The notes: generated from the sequence alone by a model not told the origin. 64,000 nt of DNA from an uncultured Bacilli bacterium (GCA_934096815.1 CAKOMY010000002.1:9546-73545), one strand, 5' to 3'. Numbered from the stretch's first letter, positions 9,695 through 20,039 are shown. Program-made: numbers and translations.

Positions 9695-11029
9695 ATGAAT
9701 AATAAAGAAGAACAATTAAAAGTGTATGTAATGATAGGAACAATAATAATGCTCCTAGTGATATTTTCAGGGATAACATATGCTTTTTTTAGTGCGAGCA
9801 ATAATAAAGGAAGTACGTCTTTAATATCAGCAATAAGTGGTAAAATGACAATAAATTATGCCGATGGCAAAAGTGATTTATTAGTATCAAATGATATACA
9901 ACCTAGTGATGCAATATTAGTTAATAAGACATTTACTTTAACAGGTACAAATACAACTAGTGGACTTGCCATGCCATATAAAGTAGGACTAAAATATACA
10001 TCAACATTTAGTGATGGACAAATTCATTATTATATAAAAGAAATGAATAGACCAGATAGTTCTAAAGTAACAGTAGAATATACAGGAACAACTAATCAAA
10101 CAGTACAAGGATATAGTTCGTATATAGGATATTCTCATGGAATTTTAAAAAACGGAAATAATTATACTGAAATGGTAACAGGAGAGTTTCCAGTGAACAC
10201 GTCAAATCAAACAATCACATTTAATTTAATTCTTCAATTTCCTGATACCGGAAAAAATCAAGATAGCGAAAAAGGAAAAGAAATAGGTGGAAGGGTTGTC
10301 GTTAATTATGAACAACCAAAAGCAACCACATTTGCCGAAGATTCATGGAGTACAATAGCAGCCGTGGTTAAAGATGGACAGTTAAATGCTTATTCAGTTG
10401 GAGATGAAAAAGAAGTAGTGCTAAGCGATGGAAAAAGTTATACAGTGCGTGTTGCTAATAATACAACACCTGAAGAGTGTAAAGGACCTGATTTTTCACA
10501 GACAGCCTGTGGATTTGTAGTTGAATTTGTTGATATAGTAGATCAAAGAACAATGAATACTACGGGCACCAATGTAGGCGGTTGGCCAGCAACAGCAATG
10601 AGAATATATACAAAAGGAGAATTCTTAAATAAATTACCAGCAGAATTAAGAAATGTAATAATTGAAACAAAAGTAATATCTGGTCATGGAAGTACATCAG
10701 GAGAAGCTAACTTTATTTCAACAGATAAAATATATTTACTAAGTGCGCATGAAGTATGGGAAGATGGTATAAGTAATCCGGTATCTAGTAGAGATGCTGC
10801 GTATAAAAATACAAGACAATTAGATTATTATGCAAATCTAAAAGTAACCACCAGTAACTATTCAGGTGCTATAAAGAAAAATGTTAATGGTTCGAATTCC
10901 AATTGGTGGCTTCGCTCGGGCAGTTCTGGTAGTAAAAATTATTTTCTAATTGTCAAAAATGATGGAGACTGGACTAATTTTGATGCTAGGTATGCCAGTG
11001 GCTTTGCTCCAGCGTTCCGTATTGGGTAA
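9695..11029 (+). CDS. Secreted protein, paralog family member 1 (TasA/camelysin-like SipW-cognate-type N-terminal signal region, conserved N-domain, distinct C-terminal domain)
   Basis: N-terminus MNNKEEQLKVYVMIGTIIMLLVIFSGITYAFFSASNNKGSTS is near-identical (also at DNA level) to the ORFs at 23295/24898; C-terminal domain ends ...WWLRSGSSGS...GFAPAFRIG. Confidence 0.6.
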   Translation: MNNKEEQLKVYVMIGTIIMLLVIFSGITYAFFSASNNKGSTSLISAISGKMTINYADGKSDLLVSNDIQPSDAILVNKTFTLTGTNTTSGLAMPYKVGLKYTSTFSDGQIHYYIKEMNRPDSSKVTVEYTGTTNQTVQGYSSYIGYSHGILKNGNNYTEMVTGEFPVNTSNQTITFNLILQFPDTGKNQDSEKGKEIGGRVVVNYEQPKATTFAEDSWSTIAAVVKDGQLNAYSVGDEKEVVLSDGKSYTVRVANNTTPEECKGPDFSQTACGFVVEFVDIVDQRTMNTTGTNVGGWPATAMRIYTKGEFLNKLPAELRNVIIETKVISGHGSTSGEANFISTDKIYLLSAHEVWEDGISNPVSSRDAAYKNTRQLDYYANLKVTTSNYSGAIKKNVNGSNSNWWLRSGSSGSKNYFLIVKNDGDWTNFDARYASGFAPAFRIG

Positions 11030-11180
11030 AAATGCAAATCATGGATAGAATAAAATAAAACCTTACGAGGAAACTTATTCAATTAACAGATAAGAATAGG
11101 TTCTTTTTTTTAATTCCATTTACATAATTATAGATAACATTTGTAATTTATTATATAATTATAATGTAAGGAGAATGATT

Positions 11181-12269
11181 ATGAGAGTAATTATTACAGC
11201 AGGAGGTACAGGTGGACATATTTATCCGGCTATATCTATATTAAATAAAATAAAAGAGGAAGAACCAAACAGTACGTTTTTATATATTGGAACTCACAAC
11301 CGAATGGAAAAAGATATTGTTCCTTCATTAGGATATGATTATAAATCTATTGAAATATATGGTTTTAGTAAAAAAAATATAAAACTAGATTTTAAAAATA
11401 TTGGATTAATACATAAGGCTTATAAAGAAAGTTTAAAAATAATAAAAGAGTTTAAACCTGATATAGTAATAGGTGTTGGAGGATATGTAACATTTCCTGT
11501 TATAATGGCAGCTCATAAATTAAAAATTAAAACATTTTTACATGAACAAAATTCAATTCCTGGTAAAAGTAATAAATTCTTAATTAAATATGCTGATAAA
11601 ATAGGACTTAGTTTTGCTGATAGCAGTAAATATTTTCCTAAAGATAAATGGATATTAACCGGTAATCCTTGTTCTGAAAATGCTATAAATATTAAAGCAA
11701 CATCTAGAACAAAATATGGACTTAGTTACGATAAAAAAAGTATTCTGATAGTTCAAGGTTCACTTGGTTCTGAAGTAATTAATAATAAAATGCTATCATT
11801 CTTACAAAGTATTGATAATGAACCTTATGATGTATTATATGTAACAGGTAAAAATTATTATGAAAATTATAGTAAAAATAAATTTAGTAAAAATGTTAAA
11901 GTTGTTCCTTATGTTGAAAATTTGAGTAGTTTATTAAAAGATATCGATTTAATTATAACAAGAGCTGGAGCAAGCACTATTGCTGAAATTACTTCTCTTG
12001 GCTTACCAGCTATATTAATTCCTAGTCCATATGTTGCAAATAATCATCAATACTATAATGCTTTATCACTTAAAAATGCAAATGCATCAGAACTTATTGA
12101 ACAAAAAGATCTAAATGAAAAAACATTAAAAGAAACAATTAATAAAATATTAAATAATAAAAATACTTACGAGACATATCATAATAATTTATTAAAATTA
12201 AGTATTCCTAATAGTAGCACAATAATATATGAAAGTATAAAAAAGTTAATTAATGAAAAAGAAAGTTAA
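11181..12269 (+). CDS. murG: Undecaprenyldiphospho-muramoylpentapeptide beta-N-acetylglucosaminyltransferase
   Basis: MRVIITAGGTGGHIYPAISI N-terminal glycine-rich MurG signature; length 363 aa; second ATG chosen on RBS spacing. Confidence 0.85.
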   Translation: MRVIITAGGTGGHIYPAISILNKIKEEEPNSTFLYIGTHNRMEKDIVPSLGYDYKSIEIYGFSKKNIKLDFKNIGLIHKAYKESLKIIKEFKPDIVIGVGGYVTFPVIMAAHKLKIKTFLHEQNSIPGKSNKFLIKYADKIGLSFADSSKYFPKDKWILTGNPCSENAINIKATSRTKYGLSYDKKSILIVQGSLGSEVINNKMLSFLQSIDNEPYDVLYVTGKNYYENYSKNKFSKNVKVVPYVENLSSLLKDIDLIITRAGASTIAEITSLGLPAILIPSPYVANNHQYYNALSLKNANASELIEQKDLNEKTLKETINKILNNKNTYETYHNNLLKLSIPNSSTIIYESIKKLINEKES

Positions 12270-12936
12270 AAAGAAAAAATTAAATATCGTCAAGTTTTTA
12301 GTGTTCATCTTAATATTTTATATTATTGGATATAGCGGTTATAGTTTGTTTACAATGAAAACTAAAAACATAATTATAAAGGGAAATACTTATTTAAAAG
12401 ATTATGAAATAATAGAACAGGCTGGAGTTAAAGATTATCCTGCCTTGTTAACTCTAAATAAGAAAAAAACAATTAATAAATTGAAAGAATTAGATTTAGT
12501 AAGCGATGCAAAAATTACTAAAAAGTTTGATTTTACACTTATTATTGAAATAACTGAAAAGAAAATTATTTTAGAATATGAAGGAAAATATTATTTAAAT
12601 GATGGAACAAGAATAGATGGAGACTTCTTAGCAGTTCCAACTCTAATTAACTATGTTCCTGATGGAACTTTAAAGAAATTCCTTAAGGAAATGGGAAATA
12701 TCAATTATGACATTATTAATTCAATAAGTGAGATAGAGTATGCTCCTACCAAAAATAGCGATGGTACTATAACTGATGAAAACATATTTATTTTTAAAAT
12801 GAATGATGGTAATATAGTATACATATCTACTGATAAATTAGAAATAATGAATAAATATCAAAAAATTTATGCTAGTTTAGGAAATAAAAAAGGAATCTTG
12901 CATTTAGATAATGGAAATTATTTGGAGGTACAATGA
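12253..12936 (+). CDS. ftsQ: Cell division protein FtsQ/DivIB (POTRA domain)
   Basis: Basic N-terminus, single TM helix, then I-I-K-G-N POTRA-like region; conserved position after murG. Confidence 0.6.
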   Translation: MKKKVKKKKLNIVKFLVFILIFYIIGYSGYSLFTMKTKNIIIKGNTYLKDYEIIEQAGVKDYPALLTLNKKKTINKLKELDLVSDAKITKKFDFTLIIEITEKKIILEYEGKYYLNDGTRIDGDFLAVPTLINYVPDGTLKKFLKEMGNINYDIINSISEIEYAPTKNSDGTITDENIFIFKMNDGNIVYISTDKLEIMNKYQKIYASLGNKKGILHLDNGNYLEVQ

Positions 12937-13535
12937 TGAATATAAATTATAATGAAGAAATGAAAAAAATAATAAGTAATTTAGATAGTAATAATACACT
13001 TTTATTACATTCATGTTGTGGACCTTGTTCAACAGCAGTAATTGAAAGATTAAAAGATTACTTTGATATAACAGTTCTTTATTATAATCCAAATATTGAA
13101 CCGAAAGATGAATACATAAAAAGAAAAGAAGAACAATTAAAAGTATTAAAAGAATATAATATTAAATTTAAAGATATTGATTATTTAAATGAAGAATATC
13201 GTAAGAAAGTAATTGGATATGAAAAAGAACCAGAAAATGGCGCAAGATGTCATATTTGTTATGAACTTAGATTAGAAAAAACAGCTATTCTAGCTAAAGA
13301 AAATAGCTTTGATTATTTTGCAACAACCTTAACTGTTAGTCCATATAAAAATGCTAAAGTGATTAATGAAATAGGACTTAAGTTACAAAACAAATATGAT
13401 GTTAAATATTTACTTTCTGATTTTAAAAAAGAAGATGGTTATAAGAAAAGTATTGAACTATCTAAAAAATATAATTTATATCGTCAAGATTACTGTGGAT
13501 GTTTATTTAGTAAGGAGAGAAAAGTAGATGAATAA
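12933..13535 (+). CDS. queH: Epoxyqueuosine reductase QueH (DUF208)
   Basis: LLLHSCCGPCS...YYNPNIEP...DYCGCLFS cysteine pattern typical of QueH. Confidence 0.7.
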   Translation: MMNINYNEEMKKIISNLDSNNTLLLHSCCGPCSTAVIERLKDYFDITVLYYNPNIEPKDEYIKRKEEQLKVLKEYNIKFKDIDYLNEEYRKKVIGYEKEPENGARCHICYELRLEKTAILAKENSFDYFATTLTVSPYKNAKVINEIGLKLQNKYDVKYLLSDFKKEDGYKKSIELSKKYNLYRQDYCGCLFSKERKVDE

Positions 13536-13923
13536 AAAAGGATTTACATTAGTTGAGATATTAGCAACACTTGTGATACTATCTTTTATATTTATGCTTA
13601 CTTATCCAACGATACAAAAGGCTTTTAACAATGGTAAAACAGCAATTTCTGAATTAAGTAAGAAACAAATTGAAGATGCAGCTAAAATAGTAATAGATGA
13701 AGTTATTTATTGCAATATGTCAGAAGATACTAAATCACTGTTAAATGCTACTAACTGCAAGGATGCACTTGATAAAATTGTTAATGGAATTAATGTTGAT
13801 ATTTCTAAATTGAATTTAGACAATATAAATAATAAACAAAAATGTGAAGGTATAATAAGTATAAAAATAGATAGAGAAACATATAAAGAAACAATAGATA
13901 TGACAAATGTAATATGTAAATAA
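13528..13923 (+). CDS. Prepilin-type N-terminal cleavage/methylation domain protein (type IV pilin-like pseudopilin)
   Basis: MNKKGFTLVEILATLVILSFIF matches the class III signal and N-methylation motif. Confidence 0.6.
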   Translation: MNKKGFTLVEILATLVILSFIFMLTYPTIQKAFNNGKTAISELSKKQIEDAAKIVIDEVIYCNMSEDTKSLLNATNCKDALDKIVNGINVDISKLNLDNINNKQKCEGIISIKIDRETYKETIDMTNVICK

Positions 13924-13932
13924 GGTGAGGTT

Positions 13933-14904
13933 ATGGGACTATTTAATAAATTTAAAGAAATATTTAAAAAAGAAGATAAACAAGATATTGAAGCTTTTGA
14001 TAAAGGATTAGAAAAAACTAGAAATGAATTTGTTTCTAATTTAAGTTTTCTAGGTCATAAATATACTAAAGTAAATGATGAATATTTTGATGAACTTGAA
14101 AGTATTTTAATCAAAGCAGATATTGGTGTTAATACTACTTATAAGTTTTTGGATAAATTAAAAAAGAGAGTTAAAGAAGAAAAAATAGAAGATGCTGAAG
14201 TATTAAGAGAAATAATTATAGATGAATTATTCATGATTTATGTTGATGGCGATAATTTAACCGATAAAATTAATATTCAAAAAGAAGGACCAACAGTTAT
14301 ATTAATGGTTGGAGTTAATGGAGTAGGAAAGACAACAACTATTGGAAAAATTGCAAACAATTATAAAAAACAAGGACATAAAATAATGTTAGTTGGAGCA
14401 GATACATTTAGAGCAGGAGCCGTTAAACAATTAGAAGAATGGGCTAAAAGAACTGGTTCAAGCTTTTGTGGTAAAGAAAATGTTGATCCTTCAAGTGTTA
14501 TTTATGATGGATTAGAACAAGCCCTAAAAGAAAAATGCGATTTAATAATTATAGATACAGCTGGAAGATTACAAAATAAAGTAAATCTAATGAATGAGCT
14601 TGAGAAAGTTAATAAAGTTATAGGTAAAATAATTCCGGGAGCTCCTCATGAAACTTTGTTAGTAATAGATGCAACAACTGGTCAAAATGGTATAAGTCAA
14701 GCTGAAAGTTTTAAAGAAATTACAAATATTACAGGGATTGTTTTAACAAAATTAGATGGAACAGCTAAAGGTGGTATTGTCCTTGCAATTAAAGAAGAAG
14801 TTAAATTACCCGTTAAATTTATTGGCTTAGGTGAAGGAATTGATGACTTAAAATCATTTGATATTGAAGAATATATTTATGGGCTTCTAAAGGACTTAAT
14901 GTAA
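13933..14904 (+). CDS. ftsY: Signal recognition particle receptor FtsY
   Basis: SRP GTPase motifs GVNGVGKTTT, DTAGR, TKLDG; short Gram-positive form. Confidence 0.85.
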   Translation: MGLFNKFKEIFKKEDKQDIEAFDKGLEKTRNEFVSNLSFLGHKYTKVNDEYFDELESILIKADIGVNTTYKFLDKLKKRVKEEKIEDAEVLREIIIDELFMIYVDGDNLTDKINIQKEGPTVILMVGVNGVGKTTTIGKIANNYKKQGHKIMLVGADTFRAGAVKQLEEWAKRTGSSFCGKENVDPSSVIYDGLEQALKEKCDLIIIDTAGRLQNKVNLMNELEKVNKVIGKIIPGAPHETLLVIDATTGQNGISQAESFKEITNITGIVLTKLDGTAKGGIVLAIKEEVKLPVKFIGLGEGIDDLKSFDIEEYIYGLLKDLM

Positions 14905-15185
14905 TGGATGATATTGTATATTATAATGCTTTGTTTGATTATTATGGAGAATTATTAACAACAACTCAAATTAATTATTTTAAGGCTTATTATTATGACA
15001 ATTTAAGTTTAAGTGAAATTTCAAGTGAATATAATGTGTCAAGAAATGCTATTAGTAAAACTTTAAAAGAAGTAAAAGATAAACTAGATTATTATGAAAA
15101 TAAATTAAATTTATATAAAAATAAACAAGTAATTATTAATTTATTGCCGGAAAAAGATATTGATTTGATTATAAATTATATATAA
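14904..15185 (+). CDS. ylxM: YlxM/UPF0122 putative DNA-binding protein
   Basis: 93 aa, sigma-region-4-like HTH (LSLSEISSEYNVSRNAISKTL); canonical position after ftsY. Confidence 0.7.
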   Translation: MDDIVYYNALFDYYGELLTTTQINYFKAYYYDNLSLSEISSEYNVSRNAISKTLKEVKDKLDYYENKLNLYKNKQVIINLLPEKDIDLIINYI

Positions 15186-15238
15186 AGGTTATATTTAAAA
15201 TATAAGCTTTTTTTATGCTTTGATTAGCGAACATTAAT

Positions 15239-15267
15239 TTGACTTATAGTAAGATAAATGTTATAAT
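15239..15267 (+). promoter_or_regulatory. Consensus sigma-A-type promoter upstream of the first large sigma gene
   Basis: TTGACT, 17 nt, TATAAT, followed by a GGGGGA RBS and ATG 15291. Confidence 0.45.
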
Positions 15268-15290
15268 ACGACTTAATTAATGGGGGATTT

Positions 15291-17240
15291 ATGAAATATC
15301 AAAATAAAAATAATCAAATTTTTATTAAATTAAAGTCTAAATTAAGTAGATATTATGATGAAATTCGTTTAATACCAATGAGTAAGGAATATTATTTCGA
15401 TTATGTAACTGAATTGATTAGTAGATGTAGTTGTGAAAATGAAGAAGAAGTATTTAATTTGATAAAAGATCAAACTATAGAGTTAATTTTAAATAGTGAT
15501 AATTGTTTTGAATTTATAAATGGATATATTAATGATAATTTTTCTATAAATAGTGATATTTTAGATTTTTTTAACAAGTTAAATAATTTATTGTTGAAAT
15601 GTAAAAAATTAATAGATTTGGATTTTTATATTGAATTACTAAATAAAAATAAGTTATTGTATTCTATAACTGAATTATATTTTAAGAAGCGTGAGGAACA
15701 AATTATTGGAAGTAATCTTTGGGATTTATTAGATTGTTATGTATTAGTTTATTGTTTACAAGCATATTTAATAATAAATAATATTGAACTTAAGGAAGAA
15801 ATAATTGATTTTGATTACGAATTTGATTATGATTATAAAACTGATTCTTTAACGCAATATTTAAATGAAATAAAACAATATAAAGTTTTAGATGCTCATG
15901 AAGAAAGAAAAATTATTATTGCTACTCAATGTGGTAATATAGAAGCACGTGATTTATTTATAAAATGTAATTTAAGATTAGTAGCAAGTATAGTTCTTAA
16001 AAATTATAATAATAAAGGTATATCAATTTTGGATTTAATTCAAGAAGGAAATATTGGCATGATGCGAGCACTTGATAAATTTAATGTTAATGCTGGATAT
16101 AAATTTTCAACTTATGCTTATCCATGGATTAAACAATATATTGAAAGATATATTGAAAGAAATGGAAGAAATATAAGAATTTCAAGTAATTTTATATTAA
16201 AAATCAATAAATATAAGACTGTATATAGTGAATTAGAAATTAAATTAGGTAGAAAACCTACTAGAAAAGAAATAAGTGTCTTTGCTGGTTTATCAGAAAG
16301 TGATATAGAATTAATTGAAAAAAATTTAAGTGATGTTCTTAGTTTGGATGCGAAATGTGATAATAATGAAGATTTTAAAATATCTGATTCAATAGTAGAT
16401 CCTAGTCCATTATTTGAAGAAGAATATATAGAACAAGAACAAATTAAAATTTTAATGGACAGTTTTTCGAAAGCTAAATTATCTGATAGAGAAGTTGAAA
16501 TATTAAAATGTAGAAATGGCTTTTATGGCAATATTATGTCTTATGAAAAAATTGGAAAAAAATATAATATTAGTAAAGAAAGAGTAAGAAAAATTGAAAT
16601 TGCTACAGTTAAAAAGATAAAAGAATATTTAGAAAAAACTGGAGTTCTTTCAGAAAAAATAAATGTTGATAATATAAATTCAAAACTTATATATGACTAT
16701 TTTAAAGATTATTCTAGGGAACAGATAAATTATGCAATAAAATTTTTGAACGAAGGATATAAAAAGTTAATTTATCTTCATTTAGGAAAAAATTTAAATA
16801 AATTATATGCTTCAAGGTTAAATAGTGAACAAATAAAAATGTTTGATGATTATGTTTTGATAAGAATTTTTAATATTTTATTAATGATATTTGGAGATAG
16901 AAATAGTGATTATAAAAAAGAATTGAATAAAAAAACGTTTGATATAATGCTGTGTTTATTAGAAATGTATCCTTTTACAATAATAAAAGAAAATATATCT
17001 TTAGATGTGTTGATCACGGGGTTATTAAAATTAGGGTATGTTAATGGAGATACTTACAGTGATGAAGTAATTGCTAAATTTTTTAATACATCTGTAGAAA
17101 ATATTACCAAATATTTTAGGGATTTTTTAAGGCTTACTAAAAGTGATCCTTATATTAATAGTATAGTAAAAGAAAAAGAATTTTATTTAAAGTTAGCAAA
17201 CCTAACATATATGGCTAAGATTAATAAAAAGATAAAGTAG
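15291..17240 (+). CDS. Atypical 649-aa sigma-70 family protein (regions 1.2-4 flanked by about 175-aa N-terminal and about 200-aa C-terminal extensions)
   Basis: RpoD-like core: FIKCNLRLVASIV (2.1), DLIQEGNIGMMRALDKF (2.2), YKFSTYAYPWIKQYI (2.3/2.4), region 4 HTH LSDREVEILKCRNGF...ISKERVRKIEIATVKKIKE. Confidence 0.6.
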   Translation: MKYQNKNNQIFIKLKSKLSRYYDEIRLIPMSKEYYFDYVTELISRCSCENEEEVFNLIKDQTIELILNSDNCFEFINGYINDNFSINSDILDFFNKLNNLLLKCKKLIDLDFYIELLNKNKLLYSITELYFKKREEQIIGSNLWDLLDCYVLVYCLQAYLIINNIELKEEIIDFDYEFDYDYKTDSLTQYLNEIKQYKVLDAHEERKIIIATQCGNIEARDLFIKCNLRLVASIVLKNYNNKGISILDLIQEGNIGMMRALDKFNVNAGYKFSTYAYPWIKQYIERYIERNGRNIRISSNFILKINKYKTVYSELEIKLGRKPTRKEISVFAGLSESDIELIEKNLSDVLSLDAKCDNNEDFKISDSIVDPSPLFEEEYIEQEQIKILMDSFSKAKLSDREVEILKCRNGFYGNIMSYEKIGKKYNISKERVRKIEIATVKKIKEYLEKTGVLSEKINVDNINSKLIYDYFKDYSREQINYAIKFLNEGYKKLIYLHLGKNLNKLYASRLNSEQIKMFDDYVLIRIFNILLMIFGDRNSDYKKELNKKTFDIMLCLLEMYPFTIIKENISLDVLITGLLKLGYVNGDTYSDEVIAKFFNTSVENITKYFRDFLRLTKSDPYINSIVKEKEFYLKLANLTYMAKINKKIK

Positions 17241-17248
17241 GTGTTAGT

Positions 17249-19198
17249 ATGAATAATGATAATATATATGAAATTATAATAGAATGGTTAGAATCTTTAT
17301 ATAGTGAGATACCATATATTTCGAAAAATTTATCCGATTATTTGGAATATGTGAAAGAAAAATTAAAAGATGAAAAATTAAATATTGATAGTTTAAAAAT
17401 TGAATTAAAAGATAAGATTATAATAGATATATTAAAAGGATATAACTATTTAGAGTTTTTGAATTTTTATATAAATCATAATTTTAAGGAAACTAATAAA
17501 ATAGAAGAAATAATAGATTATTTTTATGAATTAAACAGGTTAATAGAAGATTCTGGAAGAATAATGTTAATGGATGATTATTTTTATTTATTAAAAAATA
17601 ATAAAATTCTATTAAAATTACTTGAAGTTGTATATAATAGGTACGATAAATTTATAAAAAATAATAGATTTTCGGAGGTTAATAGTAATTCTTTATTAAA
17701 AGCAATTATGCAGGCTTATTGTGATTTAAATAATATTGAAATAGAAGATAGATTTGATAAATTAGAAGATTATTATAGTGATGATAGTTTAGCACAGTAT
17801 ATTTTTGAAATTAGAAGATATCCATTGTTAAATAAAGAAGAAGAAAGAATGTTAATTCTTGAAATAAATAAGGGTAATCAAGATGCTAAAGATTTCTTTA
17901 TAAAATGTAATTTAAGATTAGTTGTATCTGTGGTAATGAGAGAATTTTATAGTTGTTCAATATCTAAATTAGATTTAATTCAAGAAGGAAATTTAGGATT
18001 AATGAGAGCTGTTGAAAAATATAATATTTTAAGTGAGAATAAGTTTTCTAGTTATGCTTACTATTGGATTGAATCCTTTATAACTAGGGCTATAAATAAT
18101 CAATGTCGTACTATTCGCGTTTCTGTTGATTTTCATTATAAAATAAATAAGTATAAAAAGATTTATGAATTATTATTCAACAAATATGGTAGAATTCCAA
18201 CAATGCAAGAAATGATAGAAGCAACAGGAATGAATGAGGAAACTATAAATCTTATTCGAAGTAATCTTATTGGTGTAGTAAGTTATGATTTAGAAGTTAC
18301 CAATGATACTACAGATAAAATATTAGATTTTGTAGAAGATTCAGATGCGAATATTGAAGCAAATTTTCTAATAAAACAGAAGAAAGAAATTTTTAGACAA
18401 TTGTTTAAGAGTAATTATTTAAGCGAAAGAGAAAAGAAAATTTTAATTGATAGGTTTGGTTTTAATGGAGATATTAAATCTCTTGAAGAAATTGGTGCTG
18501 AAATGAAAATAACTAGAGAAAGAGTAAGACAACTTGAGGAAAAAGCAAAAAGAAAAGCATTTAATTTTATCAAAAAACATTATAGAAAAATAATTGAAGT
18601 ACCAAATGAATATCAAAATGGTTTAGATAAAAACTCTGATTTGGTTCAAAAACCATTATATTCTTCATTACCATATCCTTTTGAACAAGTTGATAATGTA
18701 ATATCATTATTGGATAAAAAAGAGCGTGATTATGTAGAATTAAAATATGGAACGGACTTAAGTAAAGCTTATGAATCTAAATTATCAAAATATGAGACTA
18801 AACGTTTTTATAAATTAGTTTTACCAAAAATAAAATTACTTCTAGAACAATTAAATGAAAGTCAACCTGTTTCTGAATTTGATACAATTCAAAGTGATAC
18901 ATGTAATAGACTTTTGAAGTTAATTAGACTGGATTCAATTAATGAATTAATAAATTTATATTCATATAACACTATTGTTATTGGTTTTCTTAAAACTGGT
19001 TATGTTGATTTAATTAAATATAATAATTTAGTAATTGCTAATTTTCTTAATATTAGTGAAGAAAATGTGATAAATGATTTTGAAAAGTTTCAAGGATTAT
19101 CAAATAATGATGAGAAATTAATAGATATTTTATCTAAACGAACTAAATATATTAATTTAATTTCAAAAAAAGAAACTACTGAAAAGTTGTCAAAGTAG
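17249..19198 (+). CDS. Atypical 649-aa sigma-70 family protein, tandem paralog of the preceding gene
   Basis: FIKCNLRLVVSVV, DLIQEGNLGLMRAVEKY, FSSYAYYWIESFI, region 4 LSEREKKILIDRFGF...ITRERVRQLEEKAKRKA; same length and architecture as 15291..17240. Confidence 0.6.
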   Translation: MNNDNIYEIIIEWLESLYSEIPYISKNLSDYLEYVKEKLKDEKLNIDSLKIELKDKIIIDILKGYNYLEFLNFYINHNFKETNKIEEIIDYFYELNRLIEDSGRIMLMDDYFYLLKNNKILLKLLEVVYNRYDKFIKNNRFSEVNSNSLLKAIMQAYCDLNNIEIEDRFDKLEDYYSDDSLAQYIFEIRRYPLLNKEEERMLILEINKGNQDAKDFFIKCNLRLVVSVVMREFYSCSISKLDLIQEGNLGLMRAVEKYNILSENKFSSYAYYWIESFITRAINNQCRTIRVSVDFHYKINKYKKIYELLFNKYGRIPTMQEMIEATGMNEETINLIRSNLIGVVSYDLEVTNDTTDKILDFVEDSDANIEANFLIKQKKEIFRQLFKSNYLSEREKKILIDRFGFNGDIKSLEEIGAEMKITRERVRQLEEKAKRKAFNFIKKHYRKIIEVPNEYQNGLDKNSDLVQKPLYSSLPYPFEQVDNVISLLDKKERDYVELKYGTDLSKAYESKLSKYETKRFYKLVLPKIKLLLEQLNESQPVSEFDTIQSDTCNRLLKLIRLDSINELINLYSYNTIVIGFLKTGYVDLIKYNNLVIANFLNISEENVINDFEKFQGLSNNDEKLIDILSKRTKYINLISKKETTEKLSK

Positions 19199-19205
19199 TT
19201 TCTTT

Positions 19206-19934
19206 TTATTTGATTATTGATTCTAGTGCTAAGATAATCATTTTGTTAAGATTTAATTGTCTTTCTTCAGCTGAATAATCTTTTCCTTTTTCAAATGGAC
19301 TATCAGTTATTGTTACTAAACAAGTTGCTTCTTTATCGAGATAGTCTGCGATACTATATAAACCAAATGATTCCATTTCACTAGCAAGTAATTTAATATT
19401 TTTAGGAATTTGTTTATTTAAATGAGGTGTAGGAATATATGGTTCAAATATTTCGGAAGTATATAATCCACCTTTTTTTAATTCAATATTAAGACTTTTA
19501 GCCTTACTTTCAATAATTTGATTTAAATTATTAGTAGATGATATTTTTTTTGCTTTACTCTTACACATAGCATATCTTATATTTGAAAAAGAAAATGAAT
19601 ATGTGCCAAGAACAATATCACCAACTGAAATATTTGGGTTAAATGCTCCAGCTGAACCAATTCTAATAATTTTTTTAACATTATAGATTTGATATAATTC
19701 ATAAGCATATATGCAGCAACTGGCACATCCCATACCAGAACCTATGACCGTTATTCTTTTTCCTTTATAAAATCCGGTATATCCTAACATATTTCTTATT
19801 GTGTTAATTAAAACTGGCTTTTCTAAATAATGTTCAGCAATATATTTTGCTCTTAATGGGTCTCCTGGAAATAATACTCTAGGAGCTATATTTTTTTTAT
19901 CAGTTACAATGTGAACTGGATTCACTTTTATCAA
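19206..19934 (-). CDS. deoD: Purine nucleoside phosphorylase, DeoD-type (PNP/UDP family)
   Basis: LFPGDPLRAKYIAEHYL...GYTGFYKGKRITVIGSGMGCASCCIYAYEL closely matches the DeoD N-terminal signature. Confidence 0.75.
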   Translation of the reverse strand: MIKVNPVHIVTDKKNIAPRVLFPGDPLRAKYIAEHYLEKPVLINTIRNMLGYTGFYKGKRITVIGSGMGCASCCIYAYELYQIYNVKKIIRIGSAGAFNPNISVGDIVLGTYSFSFSNIRYAMCKSKAKKISSTNNLNQIIESKAKSLNIELKKGGLYTSEIFEPYIPTPHLNKQIPKNIKLLASEMESFGLYSIADYLDKEATCLVTITDSPFEKGKDYSAEERQLNLNKMIILALESIIK

Positions 19935-20039
19935 CCTACCTTCTATCTTATTATAGCATGATATTCACGTTTTTAGTAAATAAAGTATCAAAATAAATTA
20001 ATTCTGTTTATAAATTGATATTATTTAGTTATAATAATA

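Noticed and set aside
14904-19198. ffh expected downstream of ftsY-ylxM
   Set aside because: No SRP54-like ORF (G-domain plus M-domain) was found after ylxM or anywhere in the window. The position is occupied by the two large sigma-like genes, so the absence is reported as an observation rather than annotated.
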